From contig CAYPKD010000006.1 in the NCBI GenBank assembly GCA_964411255.1, positions 3,097 to 67,096 of the forward strand: 64,000 bases of DNA. The letters are read 5' to 3'. Under the pieces are notes generated by a model that was not told where the DNA came from, did not search any database, and saw nothing but the letters and a program-made list of their open reading frames with translations. Below are positions 36,978 to 48,273 of the stretch, piece by piece (the stretch's first letter is position 1; every line of letters starts with the position of its first letter). The stretch comes from an uncultured Gammaproteobacteria bacterium. Lineage in GTDB: Bacteria > Patescibacteriota > Patescibacteriia > UBA11705 > DATKZF01. The translations under genes and the position numbers were made by a program.

Positions 36978-39242
36978 ATGCCAAAAGTTTACAGCTCATT
37001 TTCCTCAAAGAACTCTACTTCTTCAAAGGAAAAAAATTATTACAAAAAACCAATTTTCAAAAAACCTCTATTTTACATCATTGTTGTTGTCGTCTTGGCA
37101 ATTATTGGATTTGTTTTATGGTCAATCCTAAAAAGTCCAGAAGAAACCAAACCGGAAATTATTACTGACACTGAGCAGCAAGCGCCAGAACAAGTTGCTG
37201 TCATTAACTACCTAAAAGGCGAAGCTCAATATCAGGAACAAGGTGAAAACGAATGGAACAATTTAAGTTTTACAAAAAAAATAACGCCAGGCACCAGCAT
37301 CCAAACATTAGGTGAAAGCAGACTCGAATTAATATTTCCTGAAGGCAGCCTGATTCGGCTGGATGAAAACAGTTCTATTCAAATTACCGAAATCAGTCCA
37401 GCAGACATAATTATCGCTCAAACATCCGGCAAAGCTTACCACCGGATAAACAAAGACGGCACAGCCATATATAAGGTCATAGCCAATGAGGATGAAATTA
37501 CAGCTTTAGGCACAGCCTTTAGCACTGATGTTAGGACAAAAACTGAAGATACTGATTTAGAAGCAATTACTACTCGGGTAGCGGTAATTGAAAGCAGCGT
37601 CAGGGTAAAAGTATTCAAGGATGATCAATTGGTAAATATGCAAACCATAGAAGAAGGAAATGAAGTTGAAATAGATAAATCAAAAGATGAGGAAGAAATT
37701 ATAGAAGAAACTAAAATTGACGCAGAATCATTACTAGAAGACGACTGGATGTCATGGAATAAGACAAAAGATGAAAACCAAAACTTCACCCTTGGAATAT
37801 TTGCTGATGAAGTCAAGCTGGAAATAACTGATCCAAGTGATTTAGAAGCAAAAACAGATAAAAATGCTTATACAATCAAAGGAAAAACCGAAGAGGACGC
37901 TACTATTACAATCGATGGTGATGAAGTTGATAATAAAGACGGTGTCTTTGAACATGAAGTAAAACTGGAAAAAGGCGAGAATAAATTTGACGTTGTGGCT
38001 GAATTAGATGGTGAAAAAACAAAAAAGACCATAACCATTGATTTCTCTGAAGAAGAATCTGCTGAATTAAAACTTTCAGCTTCTGTAGTAGATAAAAATG
38101 ATGTCAAATTAAGCTGGCAGGCTTCCGCTGGCGACACAGAAAAAGGATTTAAAATTGTCCGCGCCAAAACGTCAAATCCATCTTATCCTGGATCTGATTA
38201 TAAATATATTACTCAAAATGATGCCCGGGCATATACCTGGAAAGATCTAGGAGAAGGAACTCATCATTTCAGAGTATGTCTCTTTACCAATAATGGCACT
38301 TGTGATGAATACAGTAATAATGTAAGCGTAACCATTGAAAAAGAAGATGAAGAGCCTGAAGACAAGGATGGATCAATTTCACTTCAGGGGCAAACAACTG
38401 ATGGTTCAGTAAAACTATCATGGAGCACAAACAATTTAGGCGAATTTGACGGATTCAAAATAGTGCACAGCGGCAGCCCAAATCCAGTTTACCCTGGAGA
38501 CACTTATAAATATTTATCAAATTCAAGCGCTTCATCATATACCTGGTCAAATCTATCAAAAGGCACATATCATTTTAGGGTTTGTAAATACAAAGGCGGA
38601 AAATGCGAATTATATAGTAATGACATTACAATCACGATCGAAAAAACTGATGAGCCAATAGTTGAAGGATCAATCTCTCTTACTGGAACCGTCAGTGACT
38701 CTTCTGTCTCATTAAATTGGAGCACTGCAAACCTGGATGCGCCAAAAGGATTTAAGCTTGTAAAAAGCACCAGTCCAAATCCGGTTTATCCTGGAAACGA
38801 TTATAAATACCTTTCTGATTCTGGCGTCCGTTCATATACTTGGAAAGGATTAAGCGCTGGCACATATCACTTTAGAGTTTGTCAGTATTTGGGAGGAAAA
38901 TGTGGAATTTATAGTAATAACATAACTATTACAATTGAAAAAGCAGTAGCAGATGACGGCAGTATTACATTAAGCGGCTCAACCAGCGAAGGTAAAGTAT
39001 TGCTAAGCTGGACCACTTATGGAAATGTTAATTTAGAAAATGGATATAAAGTAATTATGTCAGAAAATCCAAACCCAGTATATCCTGGCAATCAATATCA
39101 TTACATTACCAGAACTAACCGGTCAGATTCTTGGACCTGGACAGGCCTTGATGTTGGCAAAACATATCATTTCAGAGTCTGCCAATACATTGGCGGCGCC
39201 TGTGGAATTTACAGTAATGATGTGGGAATAACAATAAAGTAA
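36978..39242 (+). CDS. Large N-terminally anchored surface/secreted protein with a FecR-like region and five tandem ~95-aa FN3-like repeats, each with a conserved Cys pair
   Basis: N-terminal TM. Five repeats of KGFK(I/L)V.S.SPNP.YPG..YKY......SYTW..L..GTYHFRVC.Y.GG.C..YSN..TITIEK. Confidence 0.55.
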   Translation: MPKVYSSFSSKNSTSSKEKNYYKKPIFKKPLFYIIVVVVLAIIGFVLWSILKSPEETKPEIITDTEQQAPEQVAVINYLKGEAQYQEQGENEWNNLSFTKKITPGTSIQTLGESRLELIFPEGSLIRLDENSSIQITEISPADIIIAQTSGKAYHRINKDGTAIYKVIANEDEITALGTAFSTDVRTKTEDTDLEAITTRVAVIESSVRVKVFKDDQLVNMQTIEEGNEVEIDKSKDEEEIIEETKIDAESLLEDDWMSWNKTKDENQNFTLGIFADEVKLEITDPSDLEAKTDKNAYTIKGKTEEDATITIDGDEVDNKDGVFEHEVKLEKGENKFDVVAELDGEKTKKTITIDFSEEESAELKLSASVVDKNDVKLSWQASAGDTEKGFKIVRAKTSNPSYPGSDYKYITQNDARAYTWKDLGEGTHHFRVCLFTNNGTCDEYSNNVSVTIEKEDEEPEDKDGSISLQGQTTDGSVKLSWSTNNLGEFDGFKIVHSGSPNPVYPGDTYKYLSNSSASSYTWSNLSKGTYHFRVCKYKGGKCELYSNDITITIEKTDEPIVEGSISLTGTVSDSSVSLNWSTANLDAPKGFKLVKSTSPNPVYPGNDYKYLSDSGVRSYTWKGLSAGTYHFRVCQYLGGKCGIYSNNITITIEKAVADDGSITLSGSTSEGKVLLSWTTYGNVNLENGYKVIMSENPNPVYPGNQYHYITRTNRSDSWTWTGLDVGKTYHFRVCQYIGGACGIYSNDVGITIK

Positions 39243-39253
39243 ATTTATTAAAC

Positions 39254-39282
39254 AAAAAAGACAGCTGGTTCAGTTGTCTTTT
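39254..39282 (+). terminator. Intrinsic terminator
   Basis: aagacagctggttcagttgtctttt after the stop of 36978-39242. Confidence 0.45.
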
Positions 39283-39316
39283 GATTTAGCGATAGAATAA
39301 AAATCCTAAATTTACA

Positions 39317-39676
39317 TTACCTAAAAAAGTAACAACCACACCCATGACAGTACCATTCACCCAATCCGGTTATTGGCCCTACATTTGCATTTGTAAGGCA
39401 ACTCGGGCAACACGGTCCGCAGAGAGTCTTATCATATTTATTTCTCTCACTTTGCAGGCATCTTCGTTGAGCTCTTTCAGCTTCAAATTGTACATGGCTC
39501 GTCATGCTGTTCAGCCTGCAAGTAAAACAATTAAAACTATCATGTTGACATGGAAAATATCCACGCGGACAACCATATAGTGCAGTGATCCTGCCAATAC
39601 AATTTTTATATCTAGGATGACAAGGATAATCTGGACACGGGAGCTCTGGTAATGGTGTTTCCATGTCGCGCTCCAT
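39317..39676 (-). CDS. Cys-rich hypothetical protein (119 aa, 18 Cys)
   Basis: GC-elevated ORF. No SD and no signal peptide. Confidence 0.3.
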   Translation of the reverse strand: MERDMETPLPELPCPDYPCHPRYKNCIGRITALYGCPRGYFPCQHDSFNCFTCRLNSMTSHVQFEAERAQRRCLQSERNKYDKTLCGPCCPSCLTNANVGPITGLGEWYCHGCGCYFFR

Positions 39677-39851
39677 TTTTTTTTGGTATGGGAACTAATA
39701 TGACTCTATCACAAAAAATTCTCATAAGTCAAACTCATAGTCCAAGCATGTCCCCTAAGGGACTCCATATTTTTGATTTATAACTTTTAATTTAAAAAGA
39801 CCGCTAATTTAGCTGTCTTTTTGTTTACAAACTGAAAAAAATTAATAAAAG

Positions 39852-40670
39852 CTAAACATCAAATGGGCTTTTAATATTTTTTAATTTCGTTGAAGTCACT
39901 TGGGTATAAATCTGCGTGGTCCTAATATTCTGATGCCCTAAAAGCTCCTGAACATAACGAACATCAACACCGTTTTCCAATAGATGAGTGGCAAAACTAT
40001 GGCGCAATGAATGAAATGTGGCGTCTTTTTTTATCCCTGACTTTTTCAAGGAGTTTTCAAAAACTTTTTGCGCGCTGCGCGAAGACAGCTTCCCACCCCT
40101 TTCGCTTTCAAAAACCAAATCGTCTTTTCCTTTACCAGCAGTTAAATTTAGCAGATCATTTTTCATTTTTTCAGGAAAAACAGTAATCCGGTCTTTTCTT
40201 CCCTTTGACTGTTTGAGATGAATAGTCAAATTATCAAAATTTAAATCCTTGACTTTTAAATTAATCGTTTCGCTTACCCGCAAGCCAGCGCCATAAGACA
40301 AAGATATTATAAGCCGGTGCTTGGCATTAGAAATTGAATTGATAAGCCTTTTTATTTCCTGCCTTGATAAAACTATAGGCAGTTTTTTTGAACGCTTGGC
40401 AAATTTAATATTAATTTGTTGGGGCGATTTAACCACCTCGCAGTAGAAAAATTTGATTGAATTGAGGTGAAGGTTGATTGTCTGCGGCGAATAACCTTTT
40501 TCCTGTTTTTTTAAAAGATATTGTTTTATTTTATCAATATCAACTTTTTCAAAATCCTGTTTCAAAAAACCAAAAAAATCTTTCAGGCACAAAACATAGC
40601 TTTTAATGGTCCTTTGGCTGTAATTTCTCAGCCTCAGCTCATTTTTAACATCTTCCAAATACTTTTGCAT
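39852..40670 (-). CDS. Tyrosine site-specific recombinase (XerC/XerD / phage-integrase family)
   Basis: C-terminal catalytic motifs HSLRHSFATHLLENGVDVRYVQELLGHQNIRTTQIYTQV (R..HxxR..Y). Confidence 0.75.
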   Translation of the reverse strand: MQKYLEDVKNELRLRNYSQRTIKSYVLCLKDFFGFLKQDFEKVDIDKIKQYLLKKQEKGYSPQTINLHLNSIKFFYCEVVKSPQQINIKFAKRSKKLPIVLSRQEIKRLINSISNAKHRLIISLSYGAGLRVSETINLKVKDLNFDNLTIHLKQSKGRKDRITVFPEKMKNDLLNLTAGKGKDDLVFESERGGKLSSRSAQKVFENSLKKSGIKKDATFHSLRHSFATHLLENGVDVRYVQELLGHQNIRTTQIYTQVTSTKLKNIKSPFDV

Positions 40671-40853
40671 AATGAATTCAAAAATGTTATGATTTATTTG
40701 AAATTACTCATTTAAATATTACCAAATATTCGCATAAAATACCATAACTCGTTTTTATGTATTAAATTTAACACATAAAAACGAGTTAAGTGAAATAAAT
40801 TTTGGCGCGCTACAATGAAAACCTTAATAAACTTCTTCCATTACTAATTTGTT

Positions 40854-41615
40854 ATGACTAATGATTTAAAAAAACTGGTGGTTCAAGAATTTTCAGGAAA
40901 GAACGCTCAACTTCAATACATTAAAAAAGTAGAAGAAGGGCTGTGGATTTCTGAAGAGCATTTTTTCAAAAAATACTTCAAAAAGAAAAATGCTCAAATT
41001 TTAGATATTGGTTGTGGAACTGGAAGAACTACAATTCCTCTTTCAAAAATGGGTTTCAAAATATTTGGAATAGATATTACCCCTGCTATGATTAAAAATG
41101 CTAAGATTATAGCAAAAAAGAAAAAATTAAAAATTGATTATCGTGTGGGTGATGCTACTAATCTTGATTTCAAAGATAATTCATTTGATTATGCACTTTT
41201 TTCAAACCAAGGTTGGACACAAATTCCTGGAAGTGAAAATAAATTAAAAGCTTTGAAAGAAGCTCGTCGTGTTTTGAAAAAAGATGGAATTTTTATTTTT
41301 ACGGCACACCCACGAATTTGGTTTAGTAAGTATTTTTTCTTTTTTATCAAGCAGTGGATTAGATTTTATATTTTGAAACCCTTAGGATTTAATATAGAGG
41401 AATTGGATTATGGAGATAGATTTTTTGATAGAGAAGCCACAGACACTCAAAAAACCTACACAACCAAACAATACATCCACATCCCTTCTGTAAAAGAAGT
41501 TGAGCGTGAAATTAAGAAAGCTAGATTTAAAATTCTTGAAATTAATGGAGAATATCAGATTTCTGATAAAGATCCAAGAAAACATCCACCAGTTTTTTTT
41601 GTATGTCAGAAGTAA
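40854..41615 (+). CDS. Class I SAM-dependent methyltransferase
   Basis: Motif [13 protein letters not shown]. Confidence 0.6.
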   Translation: MTNDLKKLVVQEFSGKNAQLQYIKKVEEGLWISEEHFFKKYFKKKNAQILDIGCGTGRTTIPLSKMGFKIFGIDITPAMIKNAKIIAKKKKLKIDYRVGDATNLDFKDNSFDYALFSNQGWTQIPGSENKLKALKEARRVLKKDGIFIFTAHPRIWFSKYFFFFIKQWIRFYILKPLGFNIEELDYGDRFFDREATDTQKTYTTKQYIHIPSVKEVEREIKKARFKILEINGEYQISDKDPRKHPPVFFVCQK

Positions 41616-41837
41616 CGCGCGCCAAAATTTACTCCTTCGCTCCATTTCATTCCACTCGGGGGACGCTGCGCTTTCGTCGTTTCACTCCTCACCCTCACTT
41701 AACAGCGATTAAGAGGAAAAATGCTCAGCCCGCATTTTTCCCAAATTTCTTCCGCTACGCTCCAGAAACTTCTCTTAATCGCGATGTTATAGTAATAATA
41801 TTACAATAACAATACAATATATCCAAAAATAAAAAAA

Positions 41838-41862
41838 CAGAAAGCTTGCCTTTCTGCTTTTT
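41838..41862. terminator. Terminator hairpin
   Basis: cagaaagcttgcctttctg plus T-run. Confidence 0.45.
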
Positions 41863-42877
41863 ATTCTCCTAAAAGTTCATCTACCTTTTTCATTATCAAT
41901 TCCCTACACACTTCTATACCTCTTTCAGTAAGTATATGAGGTGTATGTTTTGTACCTTTTCGCTCTCCAACCTGAGTAAAAAGAGCCTGATCTGCATGTA
42001 TTCCAGTAAACTTACGTTCCTTCATTAAAACAGTTATCATTCTGGTTGATCTGATGTCTCCAAATGGCGTTGAACCCTTATTTATGATTTGCGGAAGTCT
42101 TTCAAGTGTATAGGCTGATTCAAAACCAGCATAATACATCATTAATGCCATCTGAATTCTAGGAGCAAGGGAATTTATCCATTCTTTTGCATTAAAAGTT
42201 TCAAGCCATTCCCAGCTGTGCGGATCATACGTCATATCCGGTTCGGGTTCGGGCTCGGGTTCGGGCCTGCCGTCCGTAGCCTCGGCAAAGGACGGTTCTG
42301 GTTCATATTCAACTTCTACTAGAGCTGGATTATCTGATCCAGGTGGTTTTGGCCTGGGTGATTGCTCTTGTGAATCCACAGGTTCAGGCGGAACAAATTT
42401 TAAAACTTCTGTCTGACCACCAATCTTCACTGCTTGTACAGGATTCATACCAATTAATGTTCCATGAGAACTTTGTCCTGATTTACCGGTTGGCTTCTCC
42501 TGCGCTTCAACAATAGCCACTGGCAAGCCATCAGACTGATTTTCTTGCAAAAGCCCTGTAAATTTTACAAAACTATCATTATTATCAGTAAACCTACAAA
42601 TAGCTGCAATTGTATTTGCATTTTCAGTAAATAACGTTAAAAATCCTACCAATTCATTTGGATCAATTTTCAACCTGGATGAAAACGCCCTTGGAACACT
42701 AAGCTGTGATTCTATTAGCATTCTTTCATGGGCAGATAAATTCTCTCCCAAACAACTTTCACCTTCAGCTAATTTTGTAAAAAATTCCTTTAACTTATCT
42801 ATGATTTCAGGGCAATATATTCCTATATCATCTATCCACTTTTTGAATTCCTCGTTCATTTGCCCTCCTTTTTTCAA
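41861..42877 (-). CDS. Hypothetical two-domain protein with PEPEPEPEP linker
   Basis: 338-aa ORF. Promoter-like TTGACAA motif upstream at ~42900-42930. Confidence 0.4.
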   Translation of the reverse strand: MKKGGQMNEEFKKWIDDIGIYCPEIIDKLKEFFTKLAEGESCLGENLSAHERMLIESQLSVPRAFSSRLKIDPNELVGFLTLFTENANTIAAICRFTDNNDSFVKFTGLLQENQSDGLPVAIVEAQEKPTGKSGQSSHGTLIGMNPVQAVKIGGQTEVLKFVPPEPVDSQEQSPRPKPPGSDNPALVEVEYEPEPSFAEATDGRPEPEPEPEPDMTYDPHSWEWLETFNAKEWINSLAPRIQMALMMYYAGFESAYTLERLPQIINKGSTPFGDIRSTRMITVLMKERKFTGIHADQALFTQVGERKGTKHTPHILTERGIEVCRELIMKKVDELLGE

Positions 42878-42960
42878 TATACACTTAACATAATACTTTT
42901 ATACTAATTACCAAGATTTGTCAACTAGAAATATGTTTAATAATTATTAAAAAAAGCAGC

Positions 42961-43227
42961 TTATGAAACTGCTTTAATTTTTGCCTGCTCAGCATCTTTA
43001 TTATGCTTATTTTGATCCTCTTCAAGTATTTGCACAAAAACCCTTTTATTTGCCCCTAAAACACTTAATAAATAACCTAAATCTGCCAAAATAATGTGAT
43101 CATAATTTATCTTATTAGCGCCAGACAAGATAACCTGAAGTGTTTCTATACATTCTGAAAAACGCTGCTTTGCAATTTGCGGCATTGCCCCCTCCTCGCC
43201 CTGAAGTGAGCCTAGCTTTGTGAACAT
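42961..43227 (-). CDS. Hypothetical protein (88 aa)
   Basis: ORF with an upstream TTGACAA promoter-like motif at ~43270. Confidence 0.35.
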   Translation of the reverse strand: MFTKLGSLQGEEGAMPQIAKQRFSECIETLQVILSGANKINYDHIILADLGYLLSVLGANKRVFVQILEEDQNKHNKDAEQAKIKAVS

Positions 43228-43323
43228 CTACTTCAGGACTCCTAATTTTACGAAACATTATTATTAATAACGAAAATCTTCAATTTTGTCAAATAAAAAA
43301 ATCCTGCAATATTACGTGCAGGA

Positions 43324-44034
43324 TTACTGGACACATTCAGTGCCAGGAAACATATAACCATCTGCAAAAACTGCTATACAAGCATCAGCTGCATCAGGGA
43401 AATACAGCACACCTTTGTTTTCATAAATATGCTCAAGAGCTGCATCAAGTCCAGGGGTGTGCTGCCTGTATCGCCTTGGTGTACTCATCGCTTCCACCAC
43501 ATCAGCAACGCACACTATTCCAGCCTCAATGGAAATATCATTGCCGTGCTTCTTTGCAGGGTAGCCTGATCCGTCCAGCCTTTCATGATGATCCCAGACG
43601 ATATCAGCTAATTTCCATGGACACCTAAATTCCTGGAGAATTTTTCCGCCAATCACAGGATGGCTTCTCATACTTCTCCATTGTCTAGCATCCAGACTTG
43701 TGCCCAGCAGAACCAGGGGCAAAATATTATGCGCAACTTTGCCAATGTCATGCAATTGAGCGCCAATTTTGCAAGCATCGATTTGATTTTCCTCAAGTCG
43801 TAAGGTAATGGCCATCTCTTTTGCAAGCGATGCCACCCGATCCTGATGCTCGCCGGTTTCAGGCTCTACTTCTCTGGTCGTTGCCGAAAGCGCAATAATC
43901 GTATCCAGTAAAAACTTATAAACTTTTTCAGGTAAAGATCCTATTTCGAGCAATCGCTCTAATTCTTCATTTCTCCTTTGTAATCTTATCACCTCAACCA
44001 ATAATTCATCTTTTGTTGCTGCGAACGGATCCAT
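43324..44034 (-). CDS. HD-GYP domain protein (putative cyclic-di-GMP phosphodiesterase family)
   Basis: HD motif LHDIGK and HHERLDGSGYP. Confidence 0.7.
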   Translation of the reverse strand: MDPFAATKDELLVEVIRLQRRNEELERLLEIGSLPEKVYKFLLDTIIALSATTREVEPETGEHQDRVASLAKEMAITLRLEENQIDACKIGAQLHDIGKVAHNILPLVLLGTSLDARQWRSMRSHPVIGGKILQEFRCPWKLADIVWDHHERLDGSGYPAKKHGNDISIEAGIVCVADVVEAMSTPRRYRQHTPGLDAALEHIYENKGVLYFPDAADACIAVFADGYMFPGTECVQ

Positions 44035-44380
44035 CTCTCCTCCTTTCGTCAGAGAGCTCGCTTTGGTTTTTGTTTTTGGTTTTTTGTTTTGGTTTGTGAA
44101 CCTGATTTAATTATAACAGATTTTATTGAAAAAAATTATTACAAAGGGGAGAAATTGTGAATAAGTTTTAAACAATTTAAATTTTCTGATAGTATAAGAA
44201 TATGACTTATTATAGGCTATAAGACGTTGAGAAAAGAACCAAACGGAGCCTGCCTTCTATGCCCTACGCCCTCTTAAGCCTTCTCGAGCCTTCTAAATGA
44301 AAATATGGCTATATATAGACAAAAATTATTTGAATTCCAACTTACTGATTACTAATTACTCATTACTAATTACAAATTTT

Positions 44381-45625
44381 ATGTTTGATAATCTAAAAAA
44401 AATCGACCCGAAAATTCAACAATTAATTCTGGACGAAATTGACCGCCAAAATAACGGACTTGAACTAATCGCCTCAGAAAACATTGTCTCCCCTGCTGTC
44501 TTAGAAGCGCTCGGCTCACCTTTAACCAATAAATACTCAGAAGGCTATCCAAAAAAAAGATATTATGGCGGTAATATTATAATTGATCAAATAGAACAGC
44601 TGGCAATTGACCGGGCAAAAAAACTTTTCAATTCAGAACATGCAAATGTCCAGCCTTTATCTGGCGCGCCAGCGAACATTGCCGCATACTTTGCAATATT
44701 AGAACCTGGCGATACAATTCTTAGCATGGAACTTTCACATGGCGGGCATTTGACCCATGGCAGTCCAGTTACCTATATTTCAAAAATATTTAATTTTGTT
44801 CGTTATGGGATTCAGGAAGAAGGCATGATTGATTATGATCAGGTCAGAAAAATTGCTTTAGAAAAAAAACCAAAATTAATTCTGGCTGGCTACTCTGCAT
44901 ACCCTAGAGATCTGGAATATGAAAAGTTTCAAGCGATTGCTGATGAGGTGGGCGCAATGACTATGGCAGACATTGCTCATTTAGCTGGGTTAATTGCCAC
45001 TGGATTATTAAATAATCCTTGTCCAATATTTGATATAGTGACAACAACCACTCACAAAACTCTACGCGGACCGCGAGGCGGAATGATTTTATGTAAAGAA
45101 AAATTTGCCAAACAAATTGATAAATCTGTTTTCCCAGGATTTCAGGGCGGGCCGCATGAGCATCAGATCGCAGGCAAAGCAGTCGTGTTTAAAGAAGCTG
45201 CTCAGCCAGAATTTAAAACCTATTGCCAGCAAGTGTTAAAGAATGCAAAAACTTTGGCTGATGAATTGATGAATGAAGGATTTAAACTTATCACAAATGG
45301 CACTGATAATCATTTAATGCTCATCGATTTAACAAATATGAATGTTACTGGCAAGCAAGCTGAGACAGCCCTGGATGAGGTTGGCATTACATTGAATAAA
45401 AATATGATACCCAATGACGCGCGATCGCCAATGGATCCTTCAGGAATCAGGCTGGGTACACCTGCAATGACAACCAGAGGCATGAAGGAAGAGGAAATGA
45501 AAATAATCAGCCTGGCTATTGCAAAAATTGTTAAAAACATTAATAATGAACAAATTAAGATGGAAACAAAATCAATTGTTCAGGAATTAACTTCAAAATA
45601 TCCAATCTATGACAAGCTCAGCTAA
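44381..45625 (+). CDS. glyA: Serine hydroxymethyltransferase GlyA
   Basis: SHMT motifs (PLP-binding [14 protein letters not shown]). The ORF opens at 44297, but the likely start is MFDNLKK. Confidence 0.85.
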   Translation: MFDNLKKIDPKIQQLILDEIDRQNNGLELIASENIVSPAVLEALGSPLTNKYSEGYPKKRYYGGNIIIDQIEQLAIDRAKKLFNSEHANVQPLSGAPANIAAYFAILEPGDTILSMELSHGGHLTHGSPVTYISKIFNFVRYGIQEEGMIDYDQVRKIALEKKPKLILAGYSAYPRDLEYEKFQAIADEVGAMTMADIAHLAGLIATGLLNNPCPIFDIVTTTTHKTLRGPRGGMILCKEKFAKQIDKSVFPGFQGGPHEHQIAGKAVVFKEAAQPEFKTYCQQVLKNAKTLADELMNEGFKLITNGTDNHLMLIDLTNMNVTGKQAETALDEVGITLNKNMIPNDARSPMDPSGIRLGTPAMTTRGMKEEEMKIISLAIAKIVKNINNEQIKMETKSIVQELTSKYPIYDKLS

Positions 45626-46439
45626 AATAATTGACGGCAAAGTCATTGCTCAAAAATTTAAACAAGAAATACGAGATAAAGTAAAAAAAATGGACAAAAA
45701 ACCAGGTCTGGCAGCTATTTTAGTTGGTGATGACAAGGCTTCACATCAATATGTAAAATTAAAGAAAAAAGCATGCAATTATACGGAAATAAATTTTCAT
45801 AGATATTATTTTGAGGGCGACTGTACTGAGCAGGAAATAATCAAAGCAATTGAATTCTTAAATAAGGATAAAGATATTGATGGAATTCTGGTCCAATTGC
45901 CTTTGCCTGAACAATACAATGAAGATAATATTATTGCTGCTATTAAGCCAAAAAAAGATGTTGACGGCTTTCATCCTGAAAATATAAAAAAGCTGCGCCA
46001 GGGAAAACCTGAGATTATATCCCCTGCAGCTTTGGGAATTTTAGAATTACTAAAGGCAACCAACCAGCCCTTAGAAGATAGAAATATTTTAATTGTCAGC
46101 AATTCAAGGCTTTTTTCCGAACCATTAATTTATCTTTTGAGAAAAAATAATGTCAAAGCAATCGCCTCAAGCCATAAAAATCTAAAAAAAGAATGCCAAA
46201 AAGCTGACGTATTAATCGTGGCTATTGGCCAGGCAGAATTTGTTGAAAAAGATTTTATAAAAAAAGATGCTACTGTCATAGACGTAGGTATCAATCAGCT
46301 GGGTGATGAAACAGTGGGCGATGTTAATTTCTTTGATGTGGCAGACAAAGTCAGTTTTATAACTCCGGTTCCAGGTGGTGTTGGGCCAATGACAGTGGCT
46401 ATGCTTTTAGAAAATGTATTAAGACTTCACAATAAATAA
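45609..46439 (+). CDS. folD: Bifunctional methylenetetrahydrofolate dehydrogenase/cyclohydrolase FolD
   Basis: Typical FolD sequence ([15 protein letters not shown]). Overlaps the glyA stop by 17 nt. Confidence 0.85.
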   Translation: MTSSAKIIDGKVIAQKFKQEIRDKVKKMDKKPGLAAILVGDDKASHQYVKLKKKACNYTEINFHRYYFEGDCTEQEIIKAIEFLNKDKDIDGILVQLPLPEQYNEDNIIAAIKPKKDVDGFHPENIKKLRQGKPEIISPAALGILELLKATNQPLEDRNILIVSNSRLFSEPLIYLLRKNNVKAIASSHKNLKKECQKADVLIVAIGQAEFVEKDFIKKDATVIDVGINQLGDETVGDVNFFDVADKVSFITPVPGGVGPMTVAMLLENVLRLHNK

Positions 46440-46440
46440 A

Positions 46441-46600
46441 ATATCTGTCCCCCACTCAGTCATTCCTGCGTCCTGTCCTGAGCGTAGTCGAAGGAAGGCA
46501 GGAATCTAGTGAATAATCCTAAGAGATTTCTCCATTGCGTCCCGATTTCATCGGGACTCCAGTCGAAATGACAAACGGGGGGCAGATATTTTTTTATTTA
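46441..46600. repeat. Complex nested-hairpin element (REP-like family GTCATTCCYGC...GCRGGAATC) ending in a T-run; simpler copies at 50698-50723 and 63104-63127
   Basis: Outer inverted repeat atatctgtccccc/ggggggcagatat. Inner hairpins include attcctgc..gcaggaat and gtcccga..tcgggac. Confidence 0.5.
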
Positions 46601-46884
46601 AAAAAGAAAGAGCTCCAAACGCGTTACGCCTGAAGCTCTTAAACTCAATCAAATAGCTTGACAACTGAACAGTGACGAACATCGAGAACAAACGTTAAAA
46701 AGGGGGGCTATCCGAGATGAAGCAAAGTAGGTAGCGCGCATATAGTACTATGCAACCTCCCGGAGCTTGCTATCAACTTCTTTTCAGGGCTTGCCTAATA
46801 CTTGCCCGCTCTTTTTTCAGCTATGAGCTAACTCTTTGACTGAGCAATACAATATTATCAAAACCTAAATTTTTGTCAAACTTT

Positions 46885-46921
46885 CAAAAAAACATCCACC
46901 AGCGACACTGGTGGTTTTTAT
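46885..46921. terminator. Bidirectional terminator
   Basis: aaaaaaacatccaccagcgacactggtggttttta. Confidence 0.5.
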
Positions 46922-47188
46922 TAATAGCTCCGTTCGTTTACAACATCGGGGGTTTGGGGGGCTGATTGCTCCCGGAGCGATCTTAGAACTATATCGTTGC
47001 TTCGCATTTGAAGCCCCCCAATGGTTTTTGCCTACTTTTTGGCAGCAAAAAGTAGGTCGGCGCAAGCCGAAATCGGTATTGCCTGAATCAGGCTCCAGGC
47101 CTGTTTGGTAAAAAATTTTCGTATCAAACGATAGAGATAATATTAAATACGTATTTCAATCGATATGTTTTTTTTCTTTAAAAAGAAA

Positions 47189-47218
47189 AGCCCTGAAACG
47201 CATTGCGTTCAGGGCTTT
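47189..47218. terminator. Bidirectional terminator hairpin
   Basis: aagccctgaaacgcattgcgttcagggctt flanked by A-run and T-run. Confidence 0.5.
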
Positions 47219-47985
47219 TATGGAAAAATGGAATACGTCTGAAGAGGAAAGCTCACTTGAAGTGACCGACTCTACACGTAGAAGCTTAACAATCCGGCAA
47301 CCTGAAGGATTTACGCCAGCTATGTAGTCTTCATTGATAGAATCGAATGCAGTTCAAGTCTTGAACTTAAGGCCTTTCCTTTCCTGATCTCCGGCCTGTC
47401 GATCACAGGCTTAGGCCTCTTCATTTCCTGAAAGTCCTCTAGGTTGCACCCTCTGCTTCCAGCTGCATCTACTGGCTTCATCTAGCAAGACCCGGCCAAT
47501 CTTTCAGCAGATTATTCGCCGATGAGGGAATCTGACGAACTGCTGACAAGACTCAGTTAAGCCGTATTATTTATGGCCTGACGTATTCCACACAGTAATC
47601 TTTTATCATACTAATAAAACTCTGTCAATATCAATGTTTATGTATTGAAAAAGCCTTCTCTACCTCTCTGCCCTCTTTGCCTTCTTCAGCCCCCTTAAAC
47701 CTTCTTAAGCCCTCTTAATTTAAAAATTGAAAACCGCTCCAAATGTAGAAGCGGCTAAAAGGCAGGGTTGAGGCAGGGTTGTTGGCCATGCAATTCCGTA
47801 TCCTTAAATTTGAATGCATGACCGGGGACGAACTTCGCTACGTGCGCGGCGGCTCAAGTCCCATAGGGCCTCCTCTTTGAATTATTATCTATGGGTTTGG
47901 AGTAGGCACAGGCCTGTACCTACTAGTAAAGTTTTGTAGCGCGCACCAGTGGATCAATATTAGATCAGACTGGGCGGGGCCTTCG

Positions 47986-48198
47986 TCATCGGACCTCATC
48001 CCTCATCGCGGGCTTCCGGTCTTTCATGTGGCTGCGGATCAGCCAGGTATACCCCATTTCAACATCGTTTTCACCTGTACCTTCCGTTGCGAGGATAGGG
48101 TTGCCGGACTTACGGGCGTCAAGTACTCTTTGTGGCTTTTTCGGTCTCATATTATGAGAGTACTTTAAGGTGTTACTGGCTTTCAAATCACCCAACAA
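47986..48198 (-). CDS. Possible small protein (70 aa) inside a promoter/terminator-delimited unit
   Basis: ORF without a clear SD. Lies in a transcript predicted from the promoter at 48274-48302 to a hairpin at ~47745-47770. Confidence 0.25.
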   Translation of the reverse strand: MLGDLKASNTLKYSHNMRPKKPQRVLDARKSGNPILATEGTGENDVEMGYTWLIRSHMKDRKPAMRDEVR

Positions 48199-48273
48199 TA
48201 TTTGAAAGCCTAAAGACCTTCTCCATTGCTGCGCCTTTCCGTATGCTCAAAGTAACTGCCAATTGAATATAGC

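Noticed and set aside
44041-44380. Possible riboswitch (ZTP/THF-type) upstream of glyA-folD
   Set aside because: Looked for ZTP (pfl) and THF conserved cores in the 340-nt leader and did not find them. The leader consists of word repeats (gttttg, ccttct/gccct, attact) rather than recognisable riboswitch motifs. A covariance-model scan would be decisive.
46865-47111. Overlapping 66-aa ORFs on both strands (46865-47065 minus, 46911-47111 plus)
   Set aside because: No SD. They lie over hairpin-rich GC-rich sequence and are more consistent with structured non-coding sequence.
47175-47595. RNase P RNA, tmRNA or SRP RNA identity for the ~420-nt and other promoter-terminator units in the 46.4-48.9 kb island
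   Set aside because: Searched by eye for the P4 helix GGAAAGUCCGG / ACAGAAnCCGGCUUA, the tmRNA tRNA-like 3' end (GGTTCGAnTCC...CCA) and the SRP domain-IV GGAA/AGCAG motifs and found none. The units remain unassigned rather than called as these RNAs.
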